Numbered from the stretch's first letter, positions 34,167 to 44,520 are shown. The stretch is 64,000 nt of DNA from Patescibacteria group bacterium (GCA_041662625.1 JBAZSB010000002.1:85497-149496), one strand, 5' to 3'. The notes: a model not told the origin generated them from the sequence alone. Numbers and translations: made by a program.

Positions 34167-35309
34167 ATGGATATTAAAACTGTCAAAACCATAAATGACT
34201 TGGAGAGAATAACTGGACAGAAGGTTAAAGAAAATGACCGAAAAAAAATCCAAGAAGTCTTGGAAAGATATCCAGCTAAGTTCACTAGTCACCTAGCCAA
34301 GTTGATGAAAAAATCTAAAGAGGTAGCACAACAATTTCTGCCTAACATTTTAGAATTGGAAAAATGTGGAACTTTGGCACCCTACGAAGAAGGTTTACAT
34401 GCTGCTGATATTTATGGTTTAGAAAGATTATATACTGACAGAGTAGTTATAACCATAAATTTTAATTGTCCTTCTTATTGTCGATTTTGTTTTAGAAAAA
34501 GTCGGGTGTTGAAGAATAAACCAACAATGTCATATCAAGATATCGATAAAGCAGTAAATTTCATAGATAAACAAAAAGATATTAAAGGGGTTCTAATTAC
34601 CGGCGGTGACCCTTTGGTTCAGCCTGATAAACTCATTTATCTAATCGAAAAATTAGAAAAGATTGATCATCTGATACTTGTTAGAATCGGAACGAGAAGT
34701 TTTCTATACCAACCTGAAAAATTGACTGCTGATCTTGCCAAAAAATTAGCTAGGTTTGTAAAATTCAACTGCCAAAATCCAGCAAAAAGTAAAACTTTAT
34801 CTATTGTTACTCATTTTAACCATCCTGATGAGATTACAGTTGAATCAGTCAGGGCATTTAAAAAATTTACTAGCCAAGGCATTATTTTTCGCAATCAAAC
34901 TGTTCTTTTAAAAGATATAAATGATGATCGGGAAACTTTAAGAAAGTTATTTGAAACTTTAGTCGCCAACAATTTAGTACCTTACTATTTATTTCATTGC
35001 ATGCCTTTGGAAGGTATAAAATATCTTCGACCGCCTGTCCAAAAAGGAATTGACCTTCTAAAAGACCTCTCTAAATTATCCGGTTTAATCAGCCCTCATT
35101 ATGCTGTGGTCACGCCGATCGGAAAAATCAGATTAATTCATAGCAGTAAATTGAAATGTAAAACTAAACATCAGCAGAGATTTGTTATTCTAAAAAGTCC
35201 CTATAAAGTCAAGGAATTTTTACATAATACTAATCAAAAAAAATTGCCAAAGAATTGTTACGCCGACAAAGATGATTTTATTATGGTTGATTATTTAGAT
35301 GGAGAATAA
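34167..35309 (+). CDS. KamA-family radical SAM protein (lysine 2,3-aminomutase / EpmB-like)
   Basis: CPSYCRFCFRK CxxxCxxC motif in KamA-family context. Confidence 0.75.
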   Translation: MDIKTVKTINDLERITGQKVKENDRKKIQEVLERYPAKFTSHLAKLMKKSKEVAQQFLPNILELEKCGTLAPYEEGLHAADIYGLERLYTDRVVITINFNCPSYCRFCFRKSRVLKNKPTMSYQDIDKAVNFIDKQKDIKGVLITGGDPLVQPDKLIYLIEKLEKIDHLILVRIGTRSFLYQPEKLTADLAKKLARFVKFNCQNPAKSKTLSIVTHFNHPDEITVESVRAFKKFTSQGIIFRNQTVLLKDINDDRETLRKLFETLVANNLVPYYLFHCMPLEGIKYLRPPVQKGIDLLKDLSKLSGLISPHYAVVTPIGKIRLIHSSKLKCKTKHQQRFVILKSPYKVKEFLHNTNQKKLPKNCYADKDDFIMVDYLDGE

Positions 35310-35388
35310 TGAATCTAGAAAACTTGGAAACAATTCTAGCCAGCGAGCCTAAATACCGGATTAAAAAAATTGACCAGACAATTTTTTG
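35309..35388 (+). repeat. degenerate duplicate of the first ~80 nt of rlmN (would encode MNLENLETILASEPKYRIKKIDQTIF*)
   Basis: First 54 nt are identical to 36974-37027 except for 1 nt; the rest has diverged. It begins at the TAATG overlap with the KamA-like stop. Confidence 0.7.
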
Positions 35389-35402
35389 ATATAGTTAATG
35401 AT

Positions 35403-36350
35403 ATGCAGTTTATAGACAACTTAAGCCTGAAAAATTTAAAAACAATAATAATTGCTGACTACCCAAGCCTAAAGATCAAATCCACTAAAATCATAAATAA
35501 CGGCTGGGATTTTTTGGCTTTGGAAATAAATAATAAGTACATCTTTCGTTTTCCTCGCCAGCAAACAAGCGAATTAATCGACTACAAAAACAACATTGAA
35601 CGGATGAGGGCAGAAATTCGGGTCTTGAATGGATTAAAAAATAAAATCAGCCTACAAATTCCAAAAGTAAAATATGTCGGCAAAAAATTTGCTTATTTCG
35701 GCTACCAGAAAATCAACGGACAAAAGCTTAGTATGTCTATTATAAAAAAGTTAAATGATAGACAATATAATCAACTGGTGGCTGATGTGGCCAAATTTTT
35801 AAAAGAAATCCACAAGGCTTTAAGTTTGAAGCAGGCCAAAAAGCTTGGCGTCTTATACGAGAATTACGATTCTTACCACCAATTGATAACATCAAAAATC
35901 ATAAGGCCGAAAAAAATAACTGATCAAAAAATTTACAATTTTATTGTTGATACCGTTAAAGAATACAAAAAAATGATACCAAAAAAACAACTAAACGTTT
36001 TTTTATATAATGATTTACATGGTGACAATATGGCTTTTGACAAGAGCCGAGGTAGGCTTAACGGGATTTTCGATTTTAGCGACGTTATGATCGGCGATAT
36101 CCATCTTGATTTCATTTACCACTTTGACATAAATTTTATGCAAGACCTAATCAACAAATATCAGCAAATTACCAATATAAAAAACCTTAATAAACGGCGG
36201 GCCATAATTTACACCAGAATCAACGAAATTTCAGACCTGGCGGCGGTAATTAATCAGCCAAATTGCCAGGTTTACAAAAGGGTAATCAAAGATCTGAAAA
36301 AATGGCAAAAAGAAAAAAATATTTATTATGAAAAAATATTTGCGAGATAA
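35403..36350 (+). CDS. phosphotransferase enzyme family protein (APH/choline-kinase-like)
   Basis: LHGDNMAF and IFDFSDVMIGDIHLD are the Brenner and DFG-like motifs of APH-type kinases. The start is ambiguous: the ORF-track TTG at 35370 lies inside the rlmN-duplicate. Confidence 0.6.
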   Translation: MQFIDNLSLKNLKTIIIADYPSLKIKSTKIINNGWDFLALEINNKYIFRFPRQQTSELIDYKNNIERMRAEIRVLNGLKNKISLQIPKVKYVGKKFAYFGYQKINGQKLSMSIIKKLNDRQYNQLVADVAKFLKEIHKALSLKQAKKLGVLYENYDSYHQLITSKIIRPKKITDQKIYNFIVDTVKEYKKMIPKKQLNVFLYNDLHGDNMAFDKSRGRLNGIFDFSDVMIGDIHLDFIYHFDINFMQDLINKYQQITNIKNLNKRRAIIYTRINEISDLAAVINQPNCQVYKRVIKDLKKWQKEKNIYYEKIFAR

Positions 36351-36966
36351 TCAACAGGTTTATGACCAGCTGGCGGGTGAATACCAAGAACGATTGAAAA
36401 AATTTATTGTTCGGGATCTAAAAATTGCCTCACCATTTATTAACTACTTAAAACATTCCTTTACTAGAGCTAGGGTATTGGACCTTGGACCGGGGTCAGG
36501 CTTAAATTCCGCCTATTTTGTCCAGGCCGGTTTTAAAACTACTGCCATTGATATTTCTAGAAAAATGCTTGCCATCGCGAAAAAAACTTCGCCCCAGACT
36601 AAATTTATTCTGGCTGATTTTTTGCAATACGACTTTAAAAATTTAAAATTTGAAGGAGTTTTTGCCAAAGCCTTTATTCACCTGTTCCCAAAAAAAGATG
36701 CCGTTTTGGTGCTGGAAAAAATTAATAGGATACTAGTACCAAAAGGCGTGCTATTTGTCGCTACCACTTTTCATCAAAAATCAACCCAGGGTTATTTTAT
36801 TAAAAAAGACTACAACCAAAAGCTCAAAAGATTCCGCCGGCAGTGGGCCAAAAAAGATTTGGTACAAACTTTAAAAAATTCTGGTTTTATTATCAAAATG
36901 ATCAAAACTGGCTATGATGCTTCATTGGATAAAAAATGGATTAATATTTTGACCTACAAAAAGTAG
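36328..36966 (+). CDS. class I SAM-dependent methyltransferase
   Basis: VLDLGPGSGLNS motif I. Confidence 0.7.
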   Translation: MKKYLRDNQQVYDQLAGEYQERLKKFIVRDLKIASPFINYLKHSFTRARVLDLGPGSGLNSAYFVQAGFKTTAIDISRKMLAIAKKTSPQTKFILADFLQYDFKNLKFEGVFAKAFIHLFPKKDAVLVLEKINRILVPKGVLFVATTFHQKSTQGYFIKKDYNQKLKRFRRQWAKKDLVQTLKNSGFIIKMIKTGYDASLDKKWINILTYKK

Positions 36967-36973
36967 AATTACT

Positions 36974-37978
36974 ATGAATCTAGAAAACTTGGAAACAATT
37001 TTAGCCAGCGAGCCTAAATACCGGATTAAGCAAATTGATCAGGCGATTTTTGTTAATTTAATTGATGACTGGTCAAAAATTTCTAATCTCCCTTTGGCGC
37101 TACGGGAAAAATTGGCGGTGGGGTGTGATTTAAAAATTTCCGGCCAAAATTTTATTGCTAAAGATGAAAATACTCAGAAAGCTTTAATTACTTTAAGTGA
37201 TGGCCTAAAGATTGAAACCGTATTACTAGGGCATCGTGATGGCCGCAGCACCATTTGCGTCTCCTCCCAAGTGGGCTGCCCGCTTGGCTGCCTTTTTTGT
37301 GCCACCGGCCAGATGGGTTTCAAACGCAATTTAAAGGCTTGGGAAATTATTGAACAAGTTTTATTTTTTGCCCGATTGCTAAAAAAAGAAAATAAAAAAA
37401 TAACTAATGTGGTTTTTATGGGCATGGGCGAACCATTCTTAAATTATGACGAGGTGCTAAAAGCAATCAGAATGATAAACAATCCGGCTTATTTTAACAT
37501 TGGCAGCCGAAAAATTTCTATTTCCACCTGTGGCATAATTGAAGGGATAAAAAAATTGGCCGGGGAAAATCTGCAGGTCAACTTAGCTATTTCGCTTCAT
37601 GCCCCAAATGACAAACTACGTTCCCAGCTGATGCCGATTAATAAAAACTACCCCCTGAAAGAATTGCTGCCAGTAATCGATGATTATGTCAAAAAAACTT
37701 CCCGCCAGGTGATGTTTGAATACTTAATGATTAAAGACGTGAATGATTCACTGGCTCAAGCCAAAGAATTAGCCGCCCTGCTTAAAAACAAACTTTATCT
37801 GGTCAACCTGATTACCTATAATCCGACGGGAAAATTTAAACCAACCAGCGGATCAGTAATTCAGGCTTTCAAAAAAGAATTGGAAAAAAATGGAGTCAAA
37901 GTGACCCAACGCTACAATTTTGGGCAAGACATTGCTGCGGCCTGCGGCCAGCTGGCAACTAAATTAGAGGATGACTAA
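36974..37978 (+). CDS. rlmN: 23S rRNA (adenine2503-C2)-methyltransferase RlmN (radical SAM)
   Basis: CPLGCLFCATG cluster and the GMGEP motif. Confidence 0.85.
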   Translation: MNLENLETILASEPKYRIKQIDQAIFVNLIDDWSKISNLPLALREKLAVGCDLKISGQNFIAKDENTQKALITLSDGLKIETVLLGHRDGRSTICVSSQVGCPLGCLFCATGQMGFKRNLKAWEIIEQVLFFARLLKKENKKITNVVFMGMGEPFLNYDEVLKAIRMINNPAYFNIGSRKISISTCGIIEGIKKLAGENLQVNLAISLHAPNDKLRSQLMPINKNYPLKELLPVIDDYVKKTSRQVMFEYLMIKDVNDSLAQAKELAALLKNKLYLVNLITYNPTGKFKPTSGSVIQAFKKELEKNGVKVTQRYNFGQDIAAACGQLATKLEDD

Positions 37979-37981
37979 AAT

Positions 37982-38806
37982 ATGAAAAAAATATTTTTAA
38001 TAATTACCATAATTTTGAGTCTGGCTCTTTCCGGCTGTACCTTTTTTCAAAAGGATAATTTTATTAGCCCTGACGCAAAGAATGGCGCCTCAAGTTATGA
38101 AGAATCACCACTGGTAGACCCAAAAAATCTTGAAGCTAAAGTGCCGATTTTAATTTACCATCATATTCGTGAGGCAACGACAACTGACGCTGAAAAGAAC
38201 AAACAATTCATTCTTAGCCCGGCAGATTTTGAGCACCAGCTCCAGTACTTAAAGGATAATAATTTTGAGACAATTTCTTTGGCTGACTTGAATAACTACT
38301 TTGCCGGCCAGTTCAGCCTGCCCCAAAAACCAGTCATTATTACTTTTGACGATGGCCTAATCAGCCAATATACCAATGCCTTACCGCTTTTGCAAAAATA
38401 TAATTTTACCGCCACTTTTTTTATTTTTACTAATCCGATTGGCAAAAGCAAAAATTACCTGACCTGGGAACAGCTCAAAGAACTTGATAAGTTGGGAATG
38501 GAAATTGGCGTTCACGGTAAATATCATCTTTATTTAAACAAAGAAAAAGACCAAAAAAAATTGGCTGATGAAATCTTGGGCAGCAAAGAAAAAATTGAAG
38601 AAGAGCTGGGCAAAAAAATCAGCACTTTTTCCTATCCTTTCGGCGCCTATAATGACCAAGTAATTGAAATGGTAAAAAATGCCGGCTACACTTCAGCCCG
38701 CGATATTATTAACGGCGTAAGCCATAAAAAAGCCAATTTATACAAATTAAAAGCTTATTTTATCACCGATAGCTTCCCTCGCTTTACTAAAATAGTAGGG
38801 CAATAA
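37982..38806 (+). CDS. polysaccharide deacetylase family lipoprotein
   Basis: Lipobox LSGC; NodB motifs ITFDDG and HG.YH. Confidence 0.75.
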   Translation: MKKIFLIITIILSLALSGCTFFQKDNFISPDAKNGASSYEESPLVDPKNLEAKVPILIYHHIREATTTDAEKNKQFILSPADFEHQLQYLKDNNFETISLADLNNYFAGQFSLPQKPVIITFDDGLISQYTNALPLLQKYNFTATFFIFTNPIGKSKNYLTWEQLKELDKLGMEIGVHGKYHLYLNKEKDQKKLADEILGSKEKIEEELGKKISTFSYPFGAYNDQVIEMVKNAGYTSARDIINGVSHKKANLYKLKAYFITDSFPRFTKIVGQ

Positions 38807-38819
38807 TTGAAATAATAAA

Positions 38820-38855
38820 AAGAAGGCCAGTTTTAAACCAGGCCTTCTTTTTGGA
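38820..38855. terminator. bidirectional terminator hairpin AAGAAGGCC..GGCCTTCTT
   Basis: 9-bp stem between convergent genes, followed by TTTTG. Confidence 0.55.
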
Positions 38856-38861
38856 AATGAT

Positions 38862-39638
38862 TTATTTCACTTGATAATTCAGACTAACTTCGATGATAAT
38901 TTCCTGTAAACCACTAGGAACTGAACCACCACCAGTGCCACCAGCGCTGGCACCGCCCTTGCCATCAGCATAATAAGCTATTGGGCTCCCCGGCGCCTGA
39001 ATAATATTTTCCCACCAGCCAACGACTTTTTTCAGTCGGATGCCCGCGGCTTGGGCGAGGCTACCGGCTTTACCTTTGGCATCAGAAATGGCCTTAATCC
39101 TGGCCTGATTTTTCAAATCTTCCAAATTAGAAACATCAAAAGAAACGCCATTAATTTGATTGGCCCCGGCTTCACTGCTTTTGGTAATAATGCTATTAAC
39201 TAAATCAGAATTCTGGTCAAGATTTCTGACCTTAACTACCACCTGCTGATTAGCATTATAACCGGCAGGAATAGTTTTGCCGTCGATATAATCATATTGG
39301 GAAAAAACTGTAAAATTTTGGGTCTGAATATCTTCTGGCGGGATACCAAGATCCTTCACAATTTTTAGAACTGCCGCCATTTTTTTGTTAAGTTGATCAA
39401 GTGCTACCTGAGCAGTTGCTGCCTTATCGATTTGCACTCCCAAATTGACAATGGCAATATCGGGTTGATATTTTATTTTGCCTTGGCCAATGACTGACAC
39501 CTGCCACTGGGGCGAATTGACGATGCGATCCCGTAAAATCGAAACTGTAATAATGCCGGCTAAAAGCAGCATACCAATTATGACTAAAATTACATGCGGG
39601 CTGCGCCAAGAGCAACAGGCGGATTCATTTTTTAACAT
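38862..39638 (-). CDS. SIMPL-domain (DUF541) protein with N-terminal TM anchor
   Basis: Call is by overall sequence pattern; moderate confidence. Confidence 0.55.
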   Translation of the reverse strand: MLKNESACCSWRSPHVILVIIGMLLLAGIITVSILRDRIVNSPQWQVSVIGQGKIKYQPDIAIVNLGVQIDKAATAQVALDQLNKKMAAVLKIVKDLGIPPEDIQTQNFTVFSQYDYIDGKTIPAGYNANQQVVVKVRNLDQNSDLVNSIITKSSEAGANQINGVSFDVSNLEDLKNQARIKAISDAKGKAGSLAQAAGIRLKKVVGWWENIIQAPGSPIAYYADGKGGASAGGTGGGSVPSGLQEIIIEVSLNYQVK

Positions 39639-39792
39639 ATATTTTCCCTCTTCTGGCTTGAGGCTAAAGCCAATAATAATTTAATACCTCAAAATCAATT
39701 ATCTCATAGAAGAGGAAAAAATAAAATAGGTGGCAAAAATCAATAAAAATTACTTTTGCTTAGCCCTCTTCGGTGGGGTATAATAGAGATAT

Positions 39793-40395
39793 ATGAATAA
39801 CCGACTAACTAAACATCATTTAATTATTTTGGCGGCCAATGCTTTAATGGTAGTCATCTTTGCTTTTATATTTCTCGCGGATAAAAATTCAGAGTTTATT
39901 TATTATCTGATTTTAATTTTAGCGATGATTTCTTTAGTTTTTTATTCAATGAAAAAAATAAAATATACTTACGGTTTATTATGGTGGCTGTCGTTATGGG
40001 GATTAATGCATTTTGCCGGCGGTGGAATTTCTCTGAAAGGCCAAAGGCTCTATGACCTGATCCTAATACCAATCACCAATGACGTATTTCGTTATGACCA
40101 ATTAGTTCATATTATCGGCTTTGGGGCTTGCACCCTCTTGATGTACCAAATTATTCGAGCCTCTTTGAACTATCCGATCAAAGACTGGTTCGGCGTCGGA
40201 GTGGTGGTGGTGATGGCTGGCTTAGGCATCGGCGCTGTAAACGAAATCATCGAGTTTATTGCCGCCGCATCATTACCCAATACTAATAATGGAGGATACC
40301 TCAATACCTCTTTAGATCTGGTCGCAGATTTGATTGGCGGCCTTTTATTTTTTACTTATATTTACTTCAAAAATCGGGGGGCAAAAATCACTTAA
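39793..40395 (+). CDS. hypothetical integral membrane protein
   Basis: 200 aa, 5-6 TM segments. Confidence 0.45.
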   Translation: MNNRLTKHHLIILAANALMVVIFAFIFLADKNSEFIYYLILILAMISLVFYSMKKIKYTYGLLWWLSLWGLMHFAGGGISLKGQRLYDLILIPITNDVFRYDQLVHIIGFGACTLLMYQIIRASLNYPIKDWFGVGVVVVMAGLGIGAVNEIIEFIAAASLPNTNNGGYLNTSLDLVADLIGGLLFFTYIYFKNRGAKIT

Positions 40396-40448
40396 AAATA
40401 ACTTTAGTCACTTGAAAGAAGCCCCCACTTTATTGCGTATTAATCTAT

Positions 40449-41015
40449 ATGGTGGAAAGCCCTGAATTTGCCAAAAAAACCGACTCTGAACTAGTAGAAT
40501 TGACCCTGGAAAATCAGGACAATTTTTTATATATCGTCAACCGCTACGAGACTAAGTTGCTTCATTTCATCCGGCGTATCTCCAATGTTTCTCTTGACGA
40601 AGCCCGTGATTTGCTGCAAGAAGTTTTTATCAAAGTCTACCAAAACCTCAATGACTTTAACCCAAGTTTAAAATTTTCTTCCTGGATTTACCGGATTACC
40701 CGAAACCACGTAATTTCCCATTACCGAAAAAATAAAAATAAACCAATCCTGCTGGCGGCAGAAATTAATGAAGAAGCGCTAAACAATTTATCCAGTGAAT
40801 TTGACATTGATAAAAAAATCGACCAGCAGATACTAAAACAAAGTATCGACGGAATCCTAAACCAAATGGACAACCGCTATAAAGAAGTAATCGTCTTAAA
40901 ATATTTTGAAGAAAAAAATTACCAGGAAATTTCTGACATTATTAAAAAACCAACTGGTACCGTTGCCACTTACCTCAACCGGGGTAAAAAGCAGTTTAAA
41001 GAAAAATTTAAATAA
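40449..41015 (+). CDS. ECF-type RNA polymerase sigma factor
   Basis: Region 2 (LLQEVFIKVYQ...FSSWIYRITRNHVISHYRK) and region 4 HTH (YQEISDIIKKPTGTVATYLNRGK). Confidence 0.8.
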   Translation: MVESPEFAKKTDSELVELTLENQDNFLYIVNRYETKLLHFIRRISNVSLDEARDLLQEVFIKVYQNLNDFNPSLKFSSWIYRITRNHVISHYRKNKNKPILLAAEINEEALNNLSSEFDIDKKIDQQILKQSIDGILNQMDNRYKEVIVLKYFEEKNYQEISDIIKKPTGTVATYLNRGKKQFKEKFK

Positions 41016-41016
41016 T

Positions 41017-41760
41017 ATGACTGAACAAATTGGCGAAAAGATTCTAGAAAAAATTAAAGAAGGCCATATCAAGCCTAAACCCAGATGGGAATTTTTGCTT
41101 AAAAATTATGTTACCTGGGCAATTTTTGCTATTGCGATTTTGATCGGCAGCCAGGCCACCGGCGTAATGATTTTCATGATGAATCACACCGAATGGGAAG
41201 ATTATATTCAGCAAGAAAGCTTCCCTCAGCAAATTTTAATGAATCTGCCTTTCTTTTGGCTGGTTGTTTTAATAATTTTTATCGCTGTGGCTTTCTATAA
41301 TATCAAACATACTAAACAAGGCTACAAACATAGCCCTTTGATCATTGTCTTGCTCAGTATTATCATCAGCCTGGCGATTGGTACCATTGTTTATGCAACT
41401 GGCGGCGGGGAAAGACTGGAAGATATCTTTTATCGTCGGGTTGGATTCTACCAACAAATTATGCGCCAAAGCGGCCGAATGTTTATTAATCCAGAACAAG
41501 GCCGGATTGCTGGAGTAATAATAGAAATTACTCCGGATTCGGTTATTGTTGAAGATTTTCAGGGTAATATCTGGAAGATTGTAACCAGCACAGAAAATCT
41601 TATTTTGGGACAACGTGTCCATATCTTGGGTAACATGCTACCGGATCAACAATTTGAAACACAAATAATTAAACCACACTTCCGGCCTTTTCGGCCACCA
41701 AAAAATCCGTGTTTAGATCCTCAAATCTGTCCCGGTCCACCGCCAATGCCAGGACTCTGA
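41017..41760 (+). CDS. membrane protein immediately downstream of the ECF sigma gene (possible anti-sigma factor), Pro-rich C-terminus
   Basis: Starts 1 nt after the sigma stop. The ORF-track N-extension (40906) overlaps the sigma gene and is rejected. Confidence 0.45.
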   Translation: MTEQIGEKILEKIKEGHIKPKPRWEFLLKNYVTWAIFAIAILIGSQATGVMIFMMNHTEWEDYIQQESFPQQILMNLPFFWLVVLIIFIAVAFYNIKHTKQGYKHSPLIIVLLSIIISLAIGTIVYATGGGERLEDIFYRRVGFYQQIMRQSGRMFINPEQGRIAGVIIEITPDSVIVEDFQGNIWKIVTSTENLILGQRVHILGNMLPDQQFETQIIKPHFRPFRPPKNPCLDPQICPGPPPMPGL

Positions 41761-41842
41761 AAGAAAATTTTAAACCAGACGTATTACTAAATATAAAAGG
41801 AATTTTGGCCAATTCCAAATTAACAATTAAAGTAATACGCCT

Positions 41843-42298
41843 ATGAAGAAATCCTATTATTTGGCATCAGCGATTTTGGGGCTATTAATTACCACTGCGG
41901 CGATTGGTTTCACCACTTTAGCGGCGTCAGATAATCAGGGGCCGGCTGACCAAGCTGGCCGAAGGGAAGAAAAAAGAGAAATTCACCAAGCCATAATTAA
42001 TAATAATTATGAAACTTGGGAAACCGCAATGCAAGAAATGGTGGCTGACCTACGTGCCAAAGCTGATGAGATGGAGGCAAAAATAAACCAGGACACCTTC
42101 AATAAACTGGTTTTAGCTGATCAGCTAATGAAAGATGGCAAAACTGATGAAGCCAAAGCTATCTTTGAAGAATTAGGCATGGGTGGCCCTGGCCCAATGG
42201 GGCATGGCGGACCAAGAGGTAATCACCAACCGCTAAATGACGCCGCTAGCAATAGGCAAATGCCACAACCTCCTGAACAAGCGCCTGCTGCTGAATAA
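41843..42298 (+). CDS. secreted hypothetical protein (signal peptide, Gly/Pro-rich C-terminus)
   Basis: N-terminal signal peptide. Confidence 0.45.
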   Translation: MKKSYYLASAILGLLITTAAIGFTTLAASDNQGPADQAGRREEKREIHQAIINNNYETWETAMQEMVADLRAKADEMEAKINQDTFNKLVLADQLMKDGKTDEAKAIFEELGMGGPGPMGHGGPRGNHQPLNDAASNRQMPQPPEQAPAAE

Positions 42299-42348
42299 TA
42301 AAAACTAAAAATAAAATCACAATTAAATTCAGGAAACAAGACACCTCC

Positions 42349-42404
42349 TTTCAAAAAATCGCCCCGAGTTTATCAAGGGGCGATTTTTTGGTATACTTAT
42401 GCTA
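42349..42404 (+). terminator. terminator hairpin, copy B of the duplicated terminator/-10 cassette
   Basis: AAATCGCCCC..GGGGCGATTTTTTGGTATACT; see 34111-34166. Confidence 0.6.
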
Positions 42405-42427
42405 ATAGTTATCAAAGTTATATTCTT

Positions 42428-43198
42428 ATGTTATTACCAATAATTCTTGCTACTCTCTTAATCGGCCTAATTTCACTGGCCGGCGTTATTATAATCTTTA
42501 ACCGTAAAGTAAAGCCGGAATTTTTAAAATCATTAATCAGTTTAGCGGCCGGTTCACTTTTGGCCGTATCATTTCTAGATTTACTGCCAGAAGCCTTGGA
42601 ACAAAGTAATTTTAAACCCCAGCTTATTTTTGGCATTACTCTGGTGAGTATTTTATTTTTCTTTCTCTTTGAACGAGTTTTGCACTGGCATCATTGCCGT
42701 TGCGAGCTTCAAGGTTTGCCTTGCGGGCAGAATCGGGATAAAAAAAACTTGATTTATCTAAACTTAAGTGGTGATGGAATTCATAATTTAGTTGATGGCT
42801 TTTTGGTGGCTTCGGCTTTTATGCTTGATTTCCGAACCGGAATTGTAGTAACTTTAGCTGTAGTTATCCATGAAATTCCCCAGGAAATTTCCGATTTTGG
42901 TATTTTGCTTTATGCCGGCCTAAACAAAATTCGGGCTTTGGCCTATAATTTTTTTGTCGCTTTAACGGCAATTTTTGGGGCAATTGTTTTTTATTATTTC
43001 GGCAGTAATTTCGAACCAGCCGTTCCTTTGATGGTAGCTTTTGCGGCTGGTAATTTTATCTATTTGGCTACAGCTGACTTAATGCCGGAACTTCACCAGG
43101 AAAAAGATCCCCAAAAAATAATCCAGCACTCCTTTTGGCTTATCATTGGTGTTATTATTATTTATTTGGTTGGCTGGATTGCGCCCCATTCTGGCTAG
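42428..43198 (+). CDS. ZIP-family metal transporter (ZupT-like)
   Basis: HEIPQEISDFG motif; 8 TM segments. Confidence 0.75.
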   Translation: MLLPIILATLLIGLISLAGVIIIFNRKVKPEFLKSLISLAAGSLLAVSFLDLLPEALEQSNFKPQLIFGITLVSILFFFLFERVLHWHHCRCELQGLPCGQNRDKKNLIYLNLSGDGIHNLVDGFLVASAFMLDFRTGIVVTLAVVIHEIPQEISDFGILLYAGLNKIRALAYNFFVALTAIFGAIVFYYFGSNFEPAVPLMVAFAAGNFIYLATADLMPELHQEKDPQKIIQHSFWLIIGVIIIYLVGWIAPHSG

Positions 43199-43328
43199 TA
43201 GCCAGTAAAAATCTCAATTGGCCAAAAAGGGTGAAGAACCCTCTTTTTTTTATCCACAAGCCAAGCCTTGACAATACTGTTAGAAATATATAACATGACT
43301 ATGTGTTAATTATTTCTAACATAAAATT

Positions 43329-43874
43329 ATGACTTTAAAACAATTCCAAACGATTAAATTAGTCACTGTAGTCATTTTGGCCATCATTTTTAGCCGATCA
43401 ATAATCTACGAAAATTACCTAGTTCCTGTCGTCGTTTTAGTAATAAGCACCCTGGTTCTTTGGTATCTACGTCGTTATGTCAAAGAAGTGATTGCTGATG
43501 AACGCGACTGGCAGACCGCCGGCAAAGCTGCCAGCCTGGCAATCCAAATCTATGCTTGGTTTGCCGTAATTGTAATGATAGTCCTTTATGCCCAGCGCGA
43601 TCTAAACCCATCCTATTTACCAATCGCTGCTACTCTAGCCTACTCGACTTGTTTTTTAATGCTTTTGTATGCTTTGATTTTTCGCTACTACCATAAGTTT
43701 AGTTTGTCGAATAAAAAAACATTTTATCTCATAGCAATTATTTTAGCAATTGCTGTACTGGCGGTTTTTGGCCTGCGACTTTTTTCCGGCGAGGATGATT
43801 GGATTTGTGTTGACGGTCAATGGGTTGAACATGGCCATCCTGATTTTCCCGCACCAGATCAACAATGCCAATAA
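43329..43874 (+). CDS. hypothetical integral membrane protein
   Basis: 181 aa, 4 TM segments, C-terminal CxxGxW....C. Confidence 0.45.
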   Translation: MTLKQFQTIKLVTVVILAIIFSRSIIYENYLVPVVVLVISTLVLWYLRRYVKEVIADERDWQTAGKAASLAIQIYAWFAVIVMIVLYAQRDLNPSYLPIAATLAYSTCFLMLLYALIFRYYHKFSLSNKKTFYLIAIILAIAVLAVFGLRLFSGEDDWICVDGQWVEHGHPDFPAPDQQCQ

Positions 43875-43892
43875 TTAATAACCAATAAAATT

Positions 43893-44327
43893 ATGAAAAA
43901 AGACAAAATTCGCCTTATCCTAATTGCCACTGGAACTATTTTACTTTTAACCACGGCAATTTTATATAGTTTGATGATAGCCCAAAAAGAAAAAATAAAT
44001 TTAGGGAATTTAATCCCTCTGATTATTCCGTTACTTATTATCATCTTTATGGCATTTTTTATCATTAGGCGATATAAAGGTATAAAATCAGGCATGCCGC
44101 TGGAAGATGAGTATTCAAAAAAAGTAATGCTTAAAGCTAGCTCTGTATCCTATTATCTTACTTTGTATTGGCTGCTTTTTATTGGCTGGTTTGAAGAACC
44201 AATTGCTAATTTATTCGGCTTGCAACATTTAGATGCTGGCCAAACGACTGGCGCTGGCATTGTCGGCATGGCAATATTTCTTTTTGCCTTGTGGTTTTAT
44301 TACAGCAAAAAACCAAATCTGGCCTAA
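43893..44327 (+). CDS. hypothetical membrane protein paired with a downstream XRE regulator
   Basis: 144 aa, 4 TM segments. Stop is 1 nt before the XRE gene start. Confidence 0.45.
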   Translation: MKKDKIRLILIATGTILLLTTAILYSLMIAQKEKINLGNLIPLIIPLLIIIFMAFFIIRRYKGIKSGMPLEDEYSKKVMLKASSVSYYLTLYWLLFIGWFEEPIANLFGLQHLDAGQTTGAGIVGMAIFLFALWFYYSKKPNLA

Positions 44328-44328
44328 T

Positions 44329-44520
44329 ATGAAAAATAAAATAAAAGAATTAAGAACAAAATATAACCTAACACAAGAGGAACTCGCCAGACGGGTTGGC
44401 GTCCGGCGCGAAACTATTGTTTTTTTGGAACAAGGCAAATATAATCCTTCGTTGCAATTGGCCCATGACGTCGCCGAAGCTCTCAAAACAAAACTTGATG
44501 AATTGTTTACTTTTGATTAA
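44329..44520 (+). CDS. XRE-family (Cro/C1-type) HTH transcriptional regulator
   Basis: 63 aa. [39 protein letters not shown]. Confidence 0.8.
   Translation: MKNKIKELRTKYNLTQEELARRVGVRRETIVFLEQGKYNPSLQLAHDVAEALKTKLDELFTFD

Noticed and set aside
40906-41016. N-terminal extension of the ORF following the ECF sigma gene
   Set aside because: It overlaps the sigma factor coding region in another frame. The ATG at 41017 lies 1 nt after the sigma stop and begins the TM-containing protein.
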